From an uncultured Gemmatimonadales bacterium (GTDB lineage: Bacteria > Gemmatimonadota > Gemmatimonadetes > Longimicrobiales > Gaopeijiaceae), in the NCBI GenBank assembly GCA_963823035.1, contig CAWGKG010000017.1:32001-96000 (forward strand): a stretch of DNA of 64,000 bases, given 5' to 3'. This document shows positions 52,106 through 63,183 of the stretch, piece by piece; position 1 is the first letter of the stretch; each line of letters starts with the position of its first letter. The notes below the pieces were generated by a model. That model saw only the letters and a program-made list of their open reading frames with translations, had not been told where the DNA came from and did no database searches. The translations under genes were made by a program, and so were the position numbers.

Positions 52106-54411
52106 CGACGATGACGACGATGATGCGGGCCGGCCTGGACCTTCTCGCGACGCTCGCCCCCGTGGAGGTGATGCGGTTCGGGGTCGTGCTGGCGCTCAAG
52201 GCCTCGATCCTTCTGGCGGTGGCGGCGATGGCCACGGTCGTGCTGGCGCGGCGCACCGCCGCGCTCCGGCACTTCGTCTGGTCGCTGGCGCTGGGTGGAG
52301 CGCTCGCGCTGCCCTTCGTGGCCCGGACGCTTCCCTGGTCGTGGCAGGTGCTTCCGGCCCGGCCGGTCGCGACGGCCGCCGAGCCCGTGGCGCCGGCCCA
52401 GGCGTCCGGCGACGCTGGGATCGGTGCGATCGCGCAGGCTCCGAGGGCCGCCCGACGCCCCGCGGTCGAGGCGGGACCCGTCCGCGCATCCCAAATCGGG
52501 AGGCTCGCCGCGGCCGCCGCGCCGGTCGCGCCCTCCACACCCGCCGCGCCGCGCTCCCTTCCGGTCGGATGGATCGCGCTCGCGCTCTGGGCCGTGGTCG
52601 CGGACGTCCTCCTCCTGCACATGGTCGCCGGGCGCCTGTCGCTCGCGCTCATGGCACGCCGGGCCACACCCGTGCTCGACGAGACCTTCCTGGAGGAGCT
52701 GGCGCGTGGCACGCGCGCCGCCGGCGTGCGCCGTCCGGTTCGGCTCCTCTGGAGCCACCGCGCGCGCGTGCCGATGACGTGGGGGATCCGCCGCCCGGTC
52801 GTGCTCCTCCCCGAGGACGCGCGCTCGTGGAGCCGCGAGCGCATCGGCCTCGTGCTCCAGCACGAGCTGGCCCACGTTCGCCGCGTGGACGACCTGACGC
52901 AGATGCTGGCGCGGGTGGCCTGTGCCGTCCACTGGTTCAACCCGCTCGTCTGGTGGGCCGCCTCGCGTCTCCGTGACGAGAGCGAGCTGGCCTGCGACGA
53001 CCAGGTGCTGCGCACGGGCGCGCGCGCCTCGGAGTATGCGCGCCACCTTCTCGAGCTCGTCTCGACGCTCGGCGTGCACGCCGCCCCCGCAGGCGCCCTT
53101 CCCCTCGCGCAACGCTCCCGCTTCGAGGGGCGGCTCCTGGCGATCCTGGATCCGGCACGCCGCAGGAGCGGCCTCGAGCGAGGCGGCGCCACCGCGCTCG
53201 TCACGTTCGCGGCGGGACTCGTCGTCCTTCTCGGAGCCGTCGCGCCCGAGCGGGCCGAGGCGGCCCCGGAGGCCGTAGCGCCGGCGATTCCGGCCGCGGA
53301 GGCGACGAGGCTCGACCTACCTTCGGTTCCGGCCGCGGAGGCGCCGAAGCCCGACCTACCCTCGGCTCCGACCAGGAAAGCGGTCGAGGTCGCCCTGGCC
53401 GATTCCGCCTCGGTGCGCGCGCTCATGCGTGCCCTGGCGCAGGACGACGACGAGGGCGTGCGCCGCGCGGCCGCATGGGCGCTCGGGCAGCTCGAGGACC
53501 GCACGGCCACGGGCGCGCTGGCCACGGCGCTCACCGCGGACGCTTCGATCGAGGTGCGACGCACGGTCGCATGGGCGCTGGGTCAGATCGAGGATCCGTC
53601 CTCGGTCTCGGCGCTCGGACGGGCCCTTTCGGACGCGGACGCCGAGGTCCGTCACACGGCCCTGTGGGCGCTCGGCCAGATCGAGTCGCCCGAGGCGATC
53701 CCGGAGCTGACACGCGCCCTCGGTGACTCGGAGGCCGAGGTGCGCAAGACGGCGGCGTGGGCGCTCGGCCAGATCGAGAGCCCCGAGGCCGTCGCTCCGC
53801 TCTCGTCCCTCGTGAACGACCCCGACGAGGAGGTCAGGGAGCAGGCCGTGTGGGCGCTCGGTCAGATCGAGAGCCGCGAGGCCGTGGCACCGGTGAGCCG
53901 GGCGCTGTCCGACGAGTCCCCCCGGGTGCGGAAGCAGGCGGCCTGGGCGCTCGGCCAGATCGAGGCGGACGAAGCCCTGCCCGCGCTCTCGAGCGCGTTG
54001 TCCGACACGAACCCGGAGGTGGCCGCCACGGCCGCATGGGCCATCGGCCAGATCGAGCCCTCCTCCGCCCCACCGGCGCTCCTGGAGGCGGTGCGCTCCG
54101 GGAGCGGCGAGCTCCGGTCGAACGCCCTGTGGGCGCTCGTGCAGATCGAGGATCCGGCGGCCGTGCCCGTGCTGACGGAAGTGCTGCGCGATCAGAACCC
54201 GGACGTTCGCGCCACCGCGCTGCGCGGCCTCGCCTCGATCCGCGACGAGAGCGCGATCCGTGCGATCACGGGGCTCCTGGAGGATCCGGACCCGGAGGTC
54301 CGGGCGGCCGCGGTGCGCGCGCTCGCGGGGCGGAGTGGTGGATGGGGTGGAAGCCCGCGCCCGCGGCCGCAGCCCCGGCCTCGCCCGAGGCCCCGGCCCA
54401 ACGGCGGATGA
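52102..54411 (+). CDS. M56 (BlaR1-like) metallopeptidase with HEAT-repeat sensor domain
   Basis: AALRHFVW, PMTWG..RPVVLLP, HELAHVRR.D, HWFNPLVW, ELACDD; VRxxAxWALGQIE repeats. Confidence 0.92.
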   Translation: MTTMTTMMRAGLDLLATLAPVEVMRFGVVLALKASILLAVAAMATVVLARRTAALRHFVWSLALGGALALPFVARTLPWSWQVLPARPVATAAEPVAPAQASGDAGIGAIAQAPRAARRPAVEAGPVRASQIGRLAAAAAPVAPSTPAAPRSLPVGWIALALWAVVADVLLLHMVAGRLSLALMARRATPVLDETFLEELARGTRAAGVRRPVRLLWSHRARVPMTWGIRRPVVLLPEDARSWSRERIGLVLQHELAHVRRVDDLTQMLARVACAVHWFNPLVWWAASRLRDESELACDDQVLRTGARASEYARHLLELVSTLGVHAAPAGALPLAQRSRFEGRLLAILDPARRRSGLERGGATALVTFAAGLVVLLGAVAPERAEAAPEAVAPAIPAAEATRLDLPSVPAAEAPKPDLPSAPTRKAVEVALADSASVRALMRALAQDDDEGVRRAAAWALGQLEDRTATGALATALTADASIEVRRTVAWALGQIEDPSSVSALGRALSDADAEVRHTALWALGQIESPEAIPELTRALGDSEAEVRKTAAWALGQIESPEAVAPLSSLVNDPDEEVREQAVWALGQIESREAVAPVSRALSDESPRVRKQAAWALGQIEADEALPALSSALSDTNPEVAATAAWAIGQIEPSSAPPALLEAVRSGSGELRSNALWALVQIEDPAAVPVLTEVLRDQNPDVRATALRGLASIRDESAIRAITGLLEDPDPEVRAAAVRALAGRSGGWGGSPRPRPQPRPRPRPRPNGG
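53452..54330 (+). repeat. Coding HEAT/PBS repeats, period about 93 nt
   Basis: Recurrent TGGGCGCT(C/G)GG(C/T)CAGATCGAG encoding WALGQIE. Confidence 0.85.
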
Positions 54412-54417
54412 GCCATC

Positions 54418-55308
54418 ATGTCTGAGAAGAGAGGCGGTGGGGTGATGGTGGGCGCGGCGGCCGCGCTCGCCGGGGTGGTGGCTCTCGGCGCGGTGCGTGG
54501 CGACGCCCGGGCAGCGCGGGAGCCCACGGAGGTCGCGGTCCCGCAGGGCGTCGTGGAGGCCCGCGACGCCGCGGGGCTGCTGGCGGCGGTCGTGGGCACG
54601 CCGCCGGTGGCGTGCGACCTGGTGGTGCGTACCCTCGGGAACCGGTGGGGAAGCGGGATGGTGCGGCCGCGGGTGCACGAGCCGCTCGGACCCACGGCGG
54701 ACGAGCGGGCGCTCGCCCGCTGGGCGTGGACGGAGACGCCCGAGGCCGGCGATGCATCCCTCCTGCTCGATGGGCTCGATTCCGGGGACGGCTGCGTGCG
54801 CAGGGTCGCGGCGGCGATGCTCACCCGCGTGGACGACGACGCCACCCGCGCGGCGCTGCGGGACCGGGCGGAGCGGGGAACGGGCCGTGCGCGCCTGGCG
54901 GCCATCACCGCGCTCGCGGGACGGAGGGAGGCCGCCTCCGAGCGAACGCTCACGGGCCTGCTGGCGGAGTCCGACGCCGAGGTACGGCGCGCGGCCGCGT
55001 GGGGCCTCGGTGAGGTCGAGGCCGGGGGCGCGGTCGAGGTGCTCGGGCGAACGCTGCGCGACCAGGACGTTGCCGTGCGCGAGAACGCCGCGTGGGCGCT
55101 GGGCCGTATCGGGCGGGCCGAAGGGGTGACCCCCCTGCTCGGTGCGCTCCGCGACACGAATCCGGGCGTTCGCGTCAACGCGGCGTGGGCGCTCGGCGCC
55201 ATCGAGAGCGGGCAGGCGATCCCCGCGCTCACGTCCGTCCTCGCGTCCGACGCGGACCCGGAGGTCAGGATGGCGGCCGCCTGGGCGTTGGGCCATATCG
55301 AGGACTGA
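54418..55308 (+). CDS. Exported HEAT-repeat protein
   Basis: Signal-like N-terminus; VRRAAAWGLG, VRENAAWALG, VRVNAAWALG, VRMAAAWALG. Confidence 0.85.
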   Translation: MSEKRGGGVMVGAAAALAGVVALGAVRGDARAAREPTEVAVPQGVVEARDAAGLLAAVVGTPPVACDLVVRTLGNRWGSGMVRPRVHEPLGPTADERALARWAWTETPEAGDASLLLDGLDSGDGCVRRVAAAMLTRVDDDATRAALRDRAERGTGRARLAAITALAGRREAASERTLTGLLAESDAEVRRAAAWGLGEVEAGGAVEVLGRTLRDQDVAVRENAAWALGRIGRAEGVTPLLGALRDTNPGVRVNAAWALGAIESGQAIPALTSVLASDADPEVRMAAAWALGHIED

Positions 55309-55338
55309 CCTCACGCCCCCACGTGGGGTGTCCCGGCG

Positions 55339-56520
55339 TCAGCGCCGGGCTTCCTGCCAGTCGCGCGCCAACGCGAGAACGCGGTCGATCTCCGTCTCGT
55401 CGTTGTAGACGGCCACGGACATGCGCAGGACGCCTTTGCGCACCGACAGGCACACGCCATGGGCCGTGAGATGCCTGTAGAGGTCGTTCATCGCCGGATC
55501 GTCCGCCGAGTCATGGTGGCCGCCCCCGCTCTCCCCCACGGCGACGATGTGCGCGAGGTGCGGTCCGGGTGGGCCGCCGACCACCGGGAGCCCGAGCTCG
55601 AGCAGCCCCGAAGCCAGGCGGGCCGCCAGGCGGCGTACGTGCGCCTCGATGCGGTCGATCCCGATGCCGCCGATGAGCTCGAGCGCCGCGACGGCCGCGC
55701 GCGCGCCCAGGTAGTTGTAGTTCCCGAGGTCGAAGCGGCGCGCCCCCGGGGCGAAGGGGAGGTCGCCCTCGCTGCGGGCGGTCTCGCCGGCCTCGGTCCC
55801 GAGGTCCATCCCGTAGCGGGCCACGTGCGACGGGGCCAGCGCCTCGGCCACCTCCCTGCGCACGTACAGGAAGCCGAACCCGTAGAGGGCGAGGAGGCAC
55901 TTCTGCGTGGCTACGGCCAGCGCGTCGACGCCCAGTCGGTCCACGTCCACGGCGATGGCGCCCACCGACTGGGCCGCGTCCACCAACACGAGGGCACCCC
56001 GCGCGTGCGCCGCGTCCGCGATCGCGCGCACGTCCGCCACGAACCCCGGAGAGAACGTGACGTGGGGCACGCTCACCACCCGGGTGCGCCCGTCCACGGC
56101 CTCGGCCATCGCGGCGGTCGGAACGTGCCCGTCGATCGGCTCGACCCGTCGCACCTCCACCCCGAGGCGCTTCCGGAGGTTGTACCAGTGGAAGACGTTG
56201 TTGGGGTGCTCGAGGTCGGGGCAGAGCACCACGTTGTCCCCCGTCTGCCAGCGCAGGCTCGTCGCGAAGAGGTTCAGCCCCTCCGAGACGTTCTTCGTGA
56301 CCGCGACTTCGTCGGCGTGCGCGCCGATGAGCGCCGCGAGGCGTGTCCGCGCCCCCTCCACCGAGGCCTGGAAGGCCGCCTTGTCACCCGTGCCCAGCAC
56401 CCGCTCGCGCAGGTGGGCCTCGGCCGCTTCCGCGACCGGCGTGGGCACCAGGCCCCGAACCGCGACGTCGAGGTAGGTCCGGTGCCGGGTGCCCGGGAAG
56501 AGCGCGCGCACCTCCTCCAC
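55339..56520 (-). CDS. Class V PLP-dependent aminotransferase (cysteine desulfurase-like)
   Basis: NVSEGLN, EHPNN, VDAAQSVG, ATQKCL (PLP Lys), LRMSVAVYN. Confidence 0.9.
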   Translation of the reverse strand: MEEVRALFPGTRHRTYLDVAVRGLVPTPVAEAAEAHLRERVLGTGDKAAFQASVEGARTRLAALIGAHADEVAVTKNVSEGLNLFATSLRWQTGDNVVLCPDLEHPNNVFHWYNLRKRLGVEVRRVEPIDGHVPTAAMAEAVDGRTRVVSVPHVTFSPGFVADVRAIADAAHARGALVLVDAAQSVGAIAVDVDRLGVDALAVATQKCLLALYGFGFLYVRREVAEALAPSHVARYGMDLGTEAGETARSEGDLPFAPGARRFDLGNYNYLGARAAVAALELIGGIGIDRIEAHVRRLAARLASGLLELGLPVVGGPPGPHLAHIVAVGESGGGHHDSADDPAMNDLYRHLTAHGVCLSVRKGVLRMSVAVYNDETEIDRVLALARDWQEARR

Positions 56521-56537
56521 CGGATGCGACCCCGGGT

Positions 56538-56738
56538 TCAGTCCAGGACGAAGGTGAGCTTCATGTTCACGCGGTAGCCCGTGACCTTCCCGTTCTCAAC
56601 GACGACCTGCTGGTCCTTCACCCACCCGGAACGAATTCCCTTGATGGTCTCGGACGCCTTGCTGATGCCGTCCTGGATCGCGGCCTCGAAGCTCCTGGAG
56701 GACTCGGCCGTGATCTCGATGTGCTTGGCAACGGACAT
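56538..56738 (-). CDS. Dodecin family flavin-binding protein
   Basis: SVAKHIEITAES..SFEAAI..AS.T..I..WV..YRVNMKLTF; 66 aa. Confidence 0.9.
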   Translation of the reverse strand: MSVAKHIEITAESSRSFEAAIQDGISKASETIKGIRSGWVKDQQVVVENGKVTGYRVNMKLTFVLD

Positions 56739-56785
56739 GTTCGTCTCCTTATGGGAAGTGCAGTTGGGTGGGCCCGCGCCTGTGG

Positions 56786-57251
56786 CTACGCGTCGAGCGG
56801 CGGCAGCCGGAGGACCTGGCCGACGTAGATCTTGTCCGGGTCCTTCAGGGCGGGACGGTTGGCCTCGAAGATCGCCGGGTACTTCATGGCGTCGCCGTAA
56901 TGGACCTTGGCGATCTTCGAGAGCGTGTCTCCGGCCACGACGGTGTAGAGGGTCGCCTCCGGCGCGGTCTCGGCCACCGTCATCTGGTCGTCGACGCGGG
57001 CGATGCCGGCGGTGTTGCCCACCGCGAGAACCACCTTCTCCCGCGTCGCCTGATCCGCGGCGGCGCCCCGGATGGTCGCCACGCCGTCGTCGTAGTCGAT
57101 GCGGAGCTGGTCCACCTCGAGGCCCAGTCCCATGACGAGGCGAAGCAGCGTGTTCCCTTTGCGACGCTCTTCGGCGCCTCGTCGAAGGCCTTGTCGTCGT
57201 CCTCGGCGCGTAGTTTCTGTCAAGCTGCCTTCACGAATCGAAGATGCCCAT
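56786..57251 (-). CDS. BON-LysM protein (Kbp/YgaU-like); frameshifts in the N-terminus
   Basis: MGIF start, REKVVLAVGN..VDDQMTV, YTVVAGDTLSKIAK..YG..Y..IFEAN..DPDKIYVGQVLR. Confidence 0.88.
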
Positions 57252-57511
57252 CCGTTGACTCCTGCGAGGGGGGAGAAGACTAAGGAGCGAGACGACAGCT
57301 CCGCGCTGGCTGCAGGGCGAAGCGGGCGCGCTGAAGTCGAAGAGCCCGGAGGCTCGGTGGGCTCTCCTCCTCGACGCGGCCCGACGGCAGCATCCTCGAC
57401 GACGCCGCCGCTGGGCGGGGCGCTCCTCCTTCTTCAGCTGACGGTTAGGCCCTGGTAGGCGCGGGGGGCGGTCGCCCGTCAATCTAGCACCCACCTTGGG
57501 AGAACGCCGTC

Positions 57512-58370
57512 ATGCGTTGGCAGCAGAGCAGGCAGAGCAGGAACGTCGAGGACCGGCGCGGCCAGCGGATGGCGGGTGGCGCGAAGATCGGAGGCGGCGC
57601 GGGGCTGTTGATCATCGTCGTCGTGGTCCTCCTCGGCGGCGACCCGCGCCAGGTGCTGCAGCTGCTGGGTGGGGGGCGGCCGCAGTCTCCGCTCCCTCGT
57701 CGGCGCCCACCGGCCCGCCCACGGACGAGACGGGCCAGTTCCTCGGTGCGGTGCTCGGGATGACCGAGGACGTCTGGACGCGATCTTCGCGAACGCCGGC
57801 GCCCGCTACGCGCCGCCGACCATGGTCCTGTTCACGCAGGCCGTGCAGTCGGCGTGCGGCTACAACACGGCGGCCACGGGCCCCTTCTACTGCCCCCCGG
57901 ACCAGAAGCTCTACCTCGACACGAGCTTCTTCGATCAGCTCGCGCAGATGGGTGGGCCCGGCGACTTCGCGCAGGCCTACGTGATCGGGCACGAGGTGGG
58001 CCACCACATCCAGAACCTCACCGGCACGGACGACTGGGTCCGCCAGCTGCAGCGGCGGGGCGACGAAGTCCCCAACCGGCTCCAGGTGCTCATGGAGCTG
58101 CAGGCGGACTGCTACGCCGGCGTGTGGGCGTACCACGCCAACCGTCTCGGGAAGGTCCTGGAGCCGGGCGACGTCGAGGAGGGGCTGTCGGCCGCCGCGG
58201 CCATCGGGGACGACCGCCTGCAGCGGCGGGCGGGGCGTGAGGTGGCGCCGGAGTCCTTCACCCACGGGACCTCGGCTCAGCGCCAGCAGTGGCTCCGGAC
58301 CGGGATCGAGACCGGCGACGTGGACCGGTGCGACACCTTCGGGGAGGCTGGGTTCGTCAGGAACCGCTGA
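57512..58370 (+). CDS. YpfJ-like neutral zinc metallopeptidase; frameshifts
   Basis: RQSRNVEDRRG, GPFYCP.D, GDFAQAYVIGHEVGHH, ELQADCYAG, ESFTHGTS. Confidence 0.92.
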
Positions 58371-58878
58371 CGCCGTAGATGCCCCTGGAGGGGTCGGCGG
58401 CTCCCCGTCCGACGGCGCATCCTCTTCGCTCGACTCTGCCGCGGTCCTCCCGGCGCGGATCGTGGAGCGCGTCGAAGCGCTGTACGGCGGGGGAGCGGCT
58501 CGCCGCTTCGAGATCCACGTCGAAGCGACGATCGCGCGCGGGATCGGCAAGCGCCGCGAAGAGCAGCCAAGCCCCCCAGACGCTCACAGCCATGGAGATG
58601 GGTATCGCCGCCAGCCCCACGAGGATGCCGAAGCTCCCGCGCGTGAGGACGAGGATCCCGAAGGCGAGCAGCGCCAGGCCGCCGAGGACCAGCGCCAGAC
58701 CGAACAGCCCCGAGATCCACTGCAGGAGGGTGCGCATCGGGCCACCGCGAACGCGGTGCATGCCCAGCATCAGGGCGAGGCCCACGGCCCACGGGCCCCA
58801 GATCAGCCGGCCGACTCCCGGGGATACGACGGCCTCCCAAGCCGCGATCGGCACCACGAGCCAAAGCAGGAACTCCAC
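58357..58878 (-). CDS. Hypothetical membrane protein
   Basis: Three to four hydrophobic segments; fills the gap between two genes. Confidence 0.5.
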   Translation of the reverse strand: MEFLLWLVVPIAAWEAVVSPGVGRLIWGPWAVGLALMLGMHRVRGGPMRTLLQWISGLFGLALVLGGLALLAFGILVLTRGSFGILVGLAAIPISMAVSVWGAWLLFAALADPARDRRFDVDLEAASRSPAVQRFDALHDPRREDRGRVERRGCAVGRGAADPSRGIYGVSGS

Positions 58879-58933
58879 CCTCCGGGAAAGCCGGTTGAAG
58901 GAGGGTCACGCAGCCGAGATTGTCCTTCTTGAT

Positions 58934-60102
58934 TCACGGGCGCCGCTCCGCGCAGGTGAGCAGGGCCGTGCCCACCAGGTCGCCCATGACGTTGACGGTC
59001 GTGTTGCCCATGTCGACGAGACGGTAGATGCCTCCGACGATCGCCGCCAGCTCCAGCGGGAGCCCGAAGGACTGGACCAGGACGAGCGCGACGACGAAGC
59101 CGCCACCGGGGATCCCGCCCGATCCCGCGGAAAGGACCAACCCCATCAGGAGGGCCGTGGCGAGCTCGCCCGGCCCGAGCGCCACGCCCGCGGCGCGCGC
59201 CGTGAAGAGGAGGACGCCCATCAGCATGATCGCGGTCCCGTCCTTGTTGATCTGCGCGCCCAGCGGGAGCGCGAAGGAATAGAGGGGGCGGGGGAGGCGC
59301 ATCTCCTCGGCGACCTCCATCGACACGGTGAGGGACGCGAGGCTCGACGTGGTCGAGACCGTGGTCGCCCACACCGGCCAACTCCGCGCAGGAAGGCGAG
59401 CGGCCGCCGGTCGGAGAAGGCGCGGAGCACCGCCATGTACACGCCCACCATCACCAGCTGCGCGCCCCACACCCCGCCGACGAAGCGCGCCATGGGCCCG
59501 AACAGGAGCCCGCCGTAGCGCCCCACCGCGACCGCCATGAGCGCGCCGATGCCGACCGGCGCCACCGCGAGGATCATGTCGACCAGGCGGCGGAACAGCG
59601 CCGCGAGGTCTCCGAAGAGCGTGGCCAGCACCAGGCGCGGGCGAACGGGAAGGTGGAGCGCCGCGACGCCCACCAGCATGGAAGCCACCACGATCTGCGT
59701 GACGTTGCCGTCGGCGAGCGCCGCGAACGGGTTCGCCGGGACAGCCCGACCAGCAGCCCGGCCACGGGGCGGGGGCCGACTCACGCGCCACCCTGCGCGG
59801 AGGCGCTCATCCCGGCGCCGGGGGCGGACGATCACATGGCCGCGAGCCCAGGAGGAGCGCTACGACCGTGGTGGCCGCGAACTACACCATGAGCTTGCCC
59901 GCGAGTCGGCCGAAGGCTCGCGCGTCCTCCATTGTGGTGAGCGCCGCCAGGAGGTTGAACGCGACGAGGGGGAGCGCGACCATCGTCAGCAGGCGGATGA
60001 AGACGTCCCCACGGGCTCCAGCGCGGCGGCCCGTTCGCCCAGGACGGCCCCCAGAGCCGCGCCGACCACCATTCCGAGCAGGATACGCGCGCCGATGCCC
60101 AT
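58934..60102 (-). CDS. Dicarboxylate/amino acid:cation symporter (DAACS); several frameshifts
   Basis: RILLGMVVG, VPANPFAALA, APVGIGALMA, LPLGAQINKDGT, GIPGG, TTVNVMGD. Confidence 0.88.
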
Positions 60103-60159
60103 CGCCTCAACTTGCGCGGGCGTCCGCGCGGCAAGTGGCGCAACGGACGCGGCGGCGCC

Positions 60160-61039
60160 ATGTTCCCCGACGACCTGACCCCCCCAGGAGGCACCTTGTA
60201 CGACCCACTGAGCCTGCGCCCCCACCCGAAGCCTCGCCCGGGCGCCGCCGGAGCTACGAGGTCATCTTCGAGCACGACACGCGGGCCGGGCGCACCTTCG
60301 ACGTGGTGCTCATCCTGGCGATCCTCGCGAGCGTGGTGGCGATCATGCTCGAGAGCGTGGCTTCGATCCGCGCGAGCCACGGCCACCTGCTGCGCACGCT
60401 GGAGTGGGTCTTCACCGTGGCCTTCACGGTGGAGTACGTGCTGCGCCTCTGGTGCGTCTCGCGCTCGCTGCGCTACGCGCGGAGCTTCCTGGGGGTCGTA
60501 GACCTGCTGGCGATCCTCCCCACCTGGCTCTCGCTGGTGGTGCCGGGGGGGCAGGTGCTCACGGTCGTGCGCATCCTGCGGGTGCTACGGGTGTTCCGCA
60601 TCCTCAAGCTCGCCCAGTACGTGGGGGAGGCGCGCGTGCTCGTGCTGGCGCTGCGCGCTGCGCGCTTCAAGATCACGGTGTTCGTCTTCACGGTGCTCAC
60701 GATCGTGGTGATCGTGGGGGCGCTCATGTACCTGGTGGAGGGGCCGGCCTCGGGCTTCACGAGCATCCCGGCGGGCGTGTACTGGGCGGTGGTCACGCTC
60801 ACCACGGTGGGCTTCGGCGACATCACGCCCCAGACGCCGCTCGGCCAGACGCTCGCCACGGTGGTGATGATCATGGGCTACGGGATCATCGCCGTGCCCA
60901 CCGGCATCGTGACCGCCGAGATCGCCTAGCGCGACCCGGGGGCAGATGCGCGCCGAGGCGCTGCGCGGCTTGCGGCCGCGAGGGGCACGACGAGGACGCG
61001 CGCCACTGCAAGTGGTGCGGGGGGCGCCTGGCTACCTGA
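60160..61039 (+). CDS. Six-TM voltage-gated potassium channel with C-terminal zinc ribbon; frameshifts
   Basis: S4 RILRVLRVFRILKL, YWAVVTLTTVGFGD, GYGIIAVPTG, CAAC..CKWC. Confidence 0.9.
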
Positions 61040-63168
61040 GGGCGGCCCGGCGTTGCACCCCCACCCGACCGGGCCCAGCGCACCGTCCAGGTGGCCATCG
61101 TGTCCGCCGCCGCCCGCAGGCGTGACCACGCGGAGGCCGCCGTCCACCCGGGTCGCCACACCACCTCCGCGCCTGGGCCGTCACGCCGTCGAAGCGGTAT
61201 CCCGCCGGCTCCGTCAGGTGGAGCTCGTAGGCGTCGCCGCGCACCAGGCGGCTCCTGCCCGACAGCGCGTCGCCTGCCCACGAGACGGCCTCGAGGTCTG
61301 GGCCTCCGCAGCTCACGTGCCGGCTCGTGGCAACCACCTGCGGCCGGTCCTCCCGCTCTCGGATGCAGAAGACCTGCACCTGCCGCCGCGGGTCGACGGG
61401 GCCGGGGGCGAAGCCCCCCTGGAACGCCCCTCGAAGCGTCTTCGTCCAGAACTCGAACACGACGTGGTCCTTCGTCGGGTCGAGGCCGAGATCGGCGAAG
61501 CGCAGGGTGTCCGCATCGCCCCCTCCGGTGCGCGCCAGCACGGACCAGCGCCCGAAGGGGCGGCTCACGTCGAGGAGGTAGAGGGGCACGTTCAGGCGCT
61601 GGTCGGCGTCGAAGGGGCGCGGACCGGAGCCGGAGAGCTCGGTCGCGGCCCGCCCGATGAGCTCCGAGCGCGAGGGGTCCACGTCGTAGATCTGCTGCGG
61701 ACGGTGAAGAGCACGGGGGCCGTGCGCCGCGCGATCTCCGCCCGGTCGGTGCGGTAGACCGAGGCGGATCGGTGAGCATGAGGAGCGAGCCGGTGAGCGA
61801 GGACAGCGTGGCGGCGCGCCACGCGTCGGGCGTGGTCAACTCGATGTGGTCGGGGTCGTTCCGCCACACGACGTTGTTGAACGAGTTGTACTGCGCGAGG
61901 CCGCCGTAGCCGAAGCCGTCGTTGCCGACGCGCACCGCGTCCGCGATGCCGATCAGCTCGGGGCGGATCCCCCAGCAGGCCAGGAGGAAGGCGTCGGGGC
62001 CGATCGCGTCGCGCACCGTCCTCGGCGAAGCGCCGGAACACCTCCTCCCGGTCGAGCCCGCGCTCGCGGAAGTAGTCCGCGTGGCTGTCGTAGCCCTCGT
62101 AGCGGAGGTGGCGCAGCGCGTCGAGCTTGAAGTAGCGCCATCCCTGTGCGCGAGGGTGTCGTACACGGGACGCACCAGGCGCTCGAGCGTGGCCGGATCG
62201 GAGGCGTCCATCACGTACCCGATCCAGTTGCCGAGCGCGGGCGCGCCGTCGGCGGTGCGGACGAAGGCTCGGGGTGCGTGAAGGCCCAGGCGCTGTCGGC
62301 GAAGCTCGCGTTGGTCCAGATCCCCGGCCGCAGCCCCGCGACGGCGACGTAGCGTGCCAGGCGCCGAGGCCCGGAAGGGAACTTGTCGTTCGGATGGATC
62401 CAGCGCTCGGGGGTACCGATCGGGAGCTGCTGGTAGCCGTCGTCGATCTGCAGGTAGTCGTAGCCGAAGCGCGCGAGCTCCTCGCCCAGCACGTCGGCGG
62501 TCTCGCGCACGTCGGGCTCGGTCACGTCGTCGCGGAACGCGTACCAGGACGTCCATCCCGCCACCGAAGGGCGCCACACGGCGTACGTCCAGGGCCGGAA
62601 TTCTCGCAGCCCACGGTGCTTCTGGTAGTAGCGCGGTCGGAAGCGGAGGGCGATCTCGGACCCGCGGGCCTCGAAGGCGAAGGACGTCGCGTCGTCCGGG
62701 CCCGCGAGCGCGGCCATGACGTCACCTCGGCGGGCTCGTCGACGGACAACACCCAGTCGGAGCCCCGGTCGTAGACGGCCCGGTTGAGGCGGCTGGCGCT
62801 CGGCCCTAACGCCTTGCGCACCATGCCGAGGGGCGTTCGGGCTGGGCTCGACCTCGCAGGCGAACGCCTGCGCGCTCCCGTGCACGGTGCCGGCAAGCGT
62901 CATGCGCGCTCCGCCACGCACGGTCCACTTCAGCACCTGCGTCACGGCGCTGCCCACGGTGTCGACGAGCACGCGCGGCTCGGGGCGCGGGCCCGTGGTG
63001 GAGAGCGGGCCTCGAGCATCACGCGCCCATCGTAGACGAGCGACACCCGCTCGCCCTCGACGCGCAGCTCGGCGGGTCCGTTGGAGGGCTCGGAGCCGAC
63101 CTGCGCCCGGGCCGACGCGCCGGGCATGCGGCGGCGAGGGCGGAGAGCACGAGAAGGGAACGACGCAT
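61032..63168 (-). CDS. Secreted alpha-galactosidase-like glycoside hydrolase (GH27/GH36 clan); many frameshifts, 3' end approximate
   Basis: GWTSWYAF, YLQIDDGYQ, KFPSG, PGIW, YFKLD, WRNDPD. Confidence 0.78.
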
Positions 63169-63183
63169 GCCGACCCCAGGGCA

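Noticed and set aside
53452..55300. Regularly spaced DNA repeats resembling a CRISPR array
   Set aside because: The repeats are in frame, vary at synonymous positions and encode HEAT units. No cas genes are present.
57260..57500. Possible ncRNA or small ORF in the spacer between the BON-LysM and metallopeptidase genes
   Set aside because: Only short GC hairpins and no recognisable RNA family or credible coding signal.
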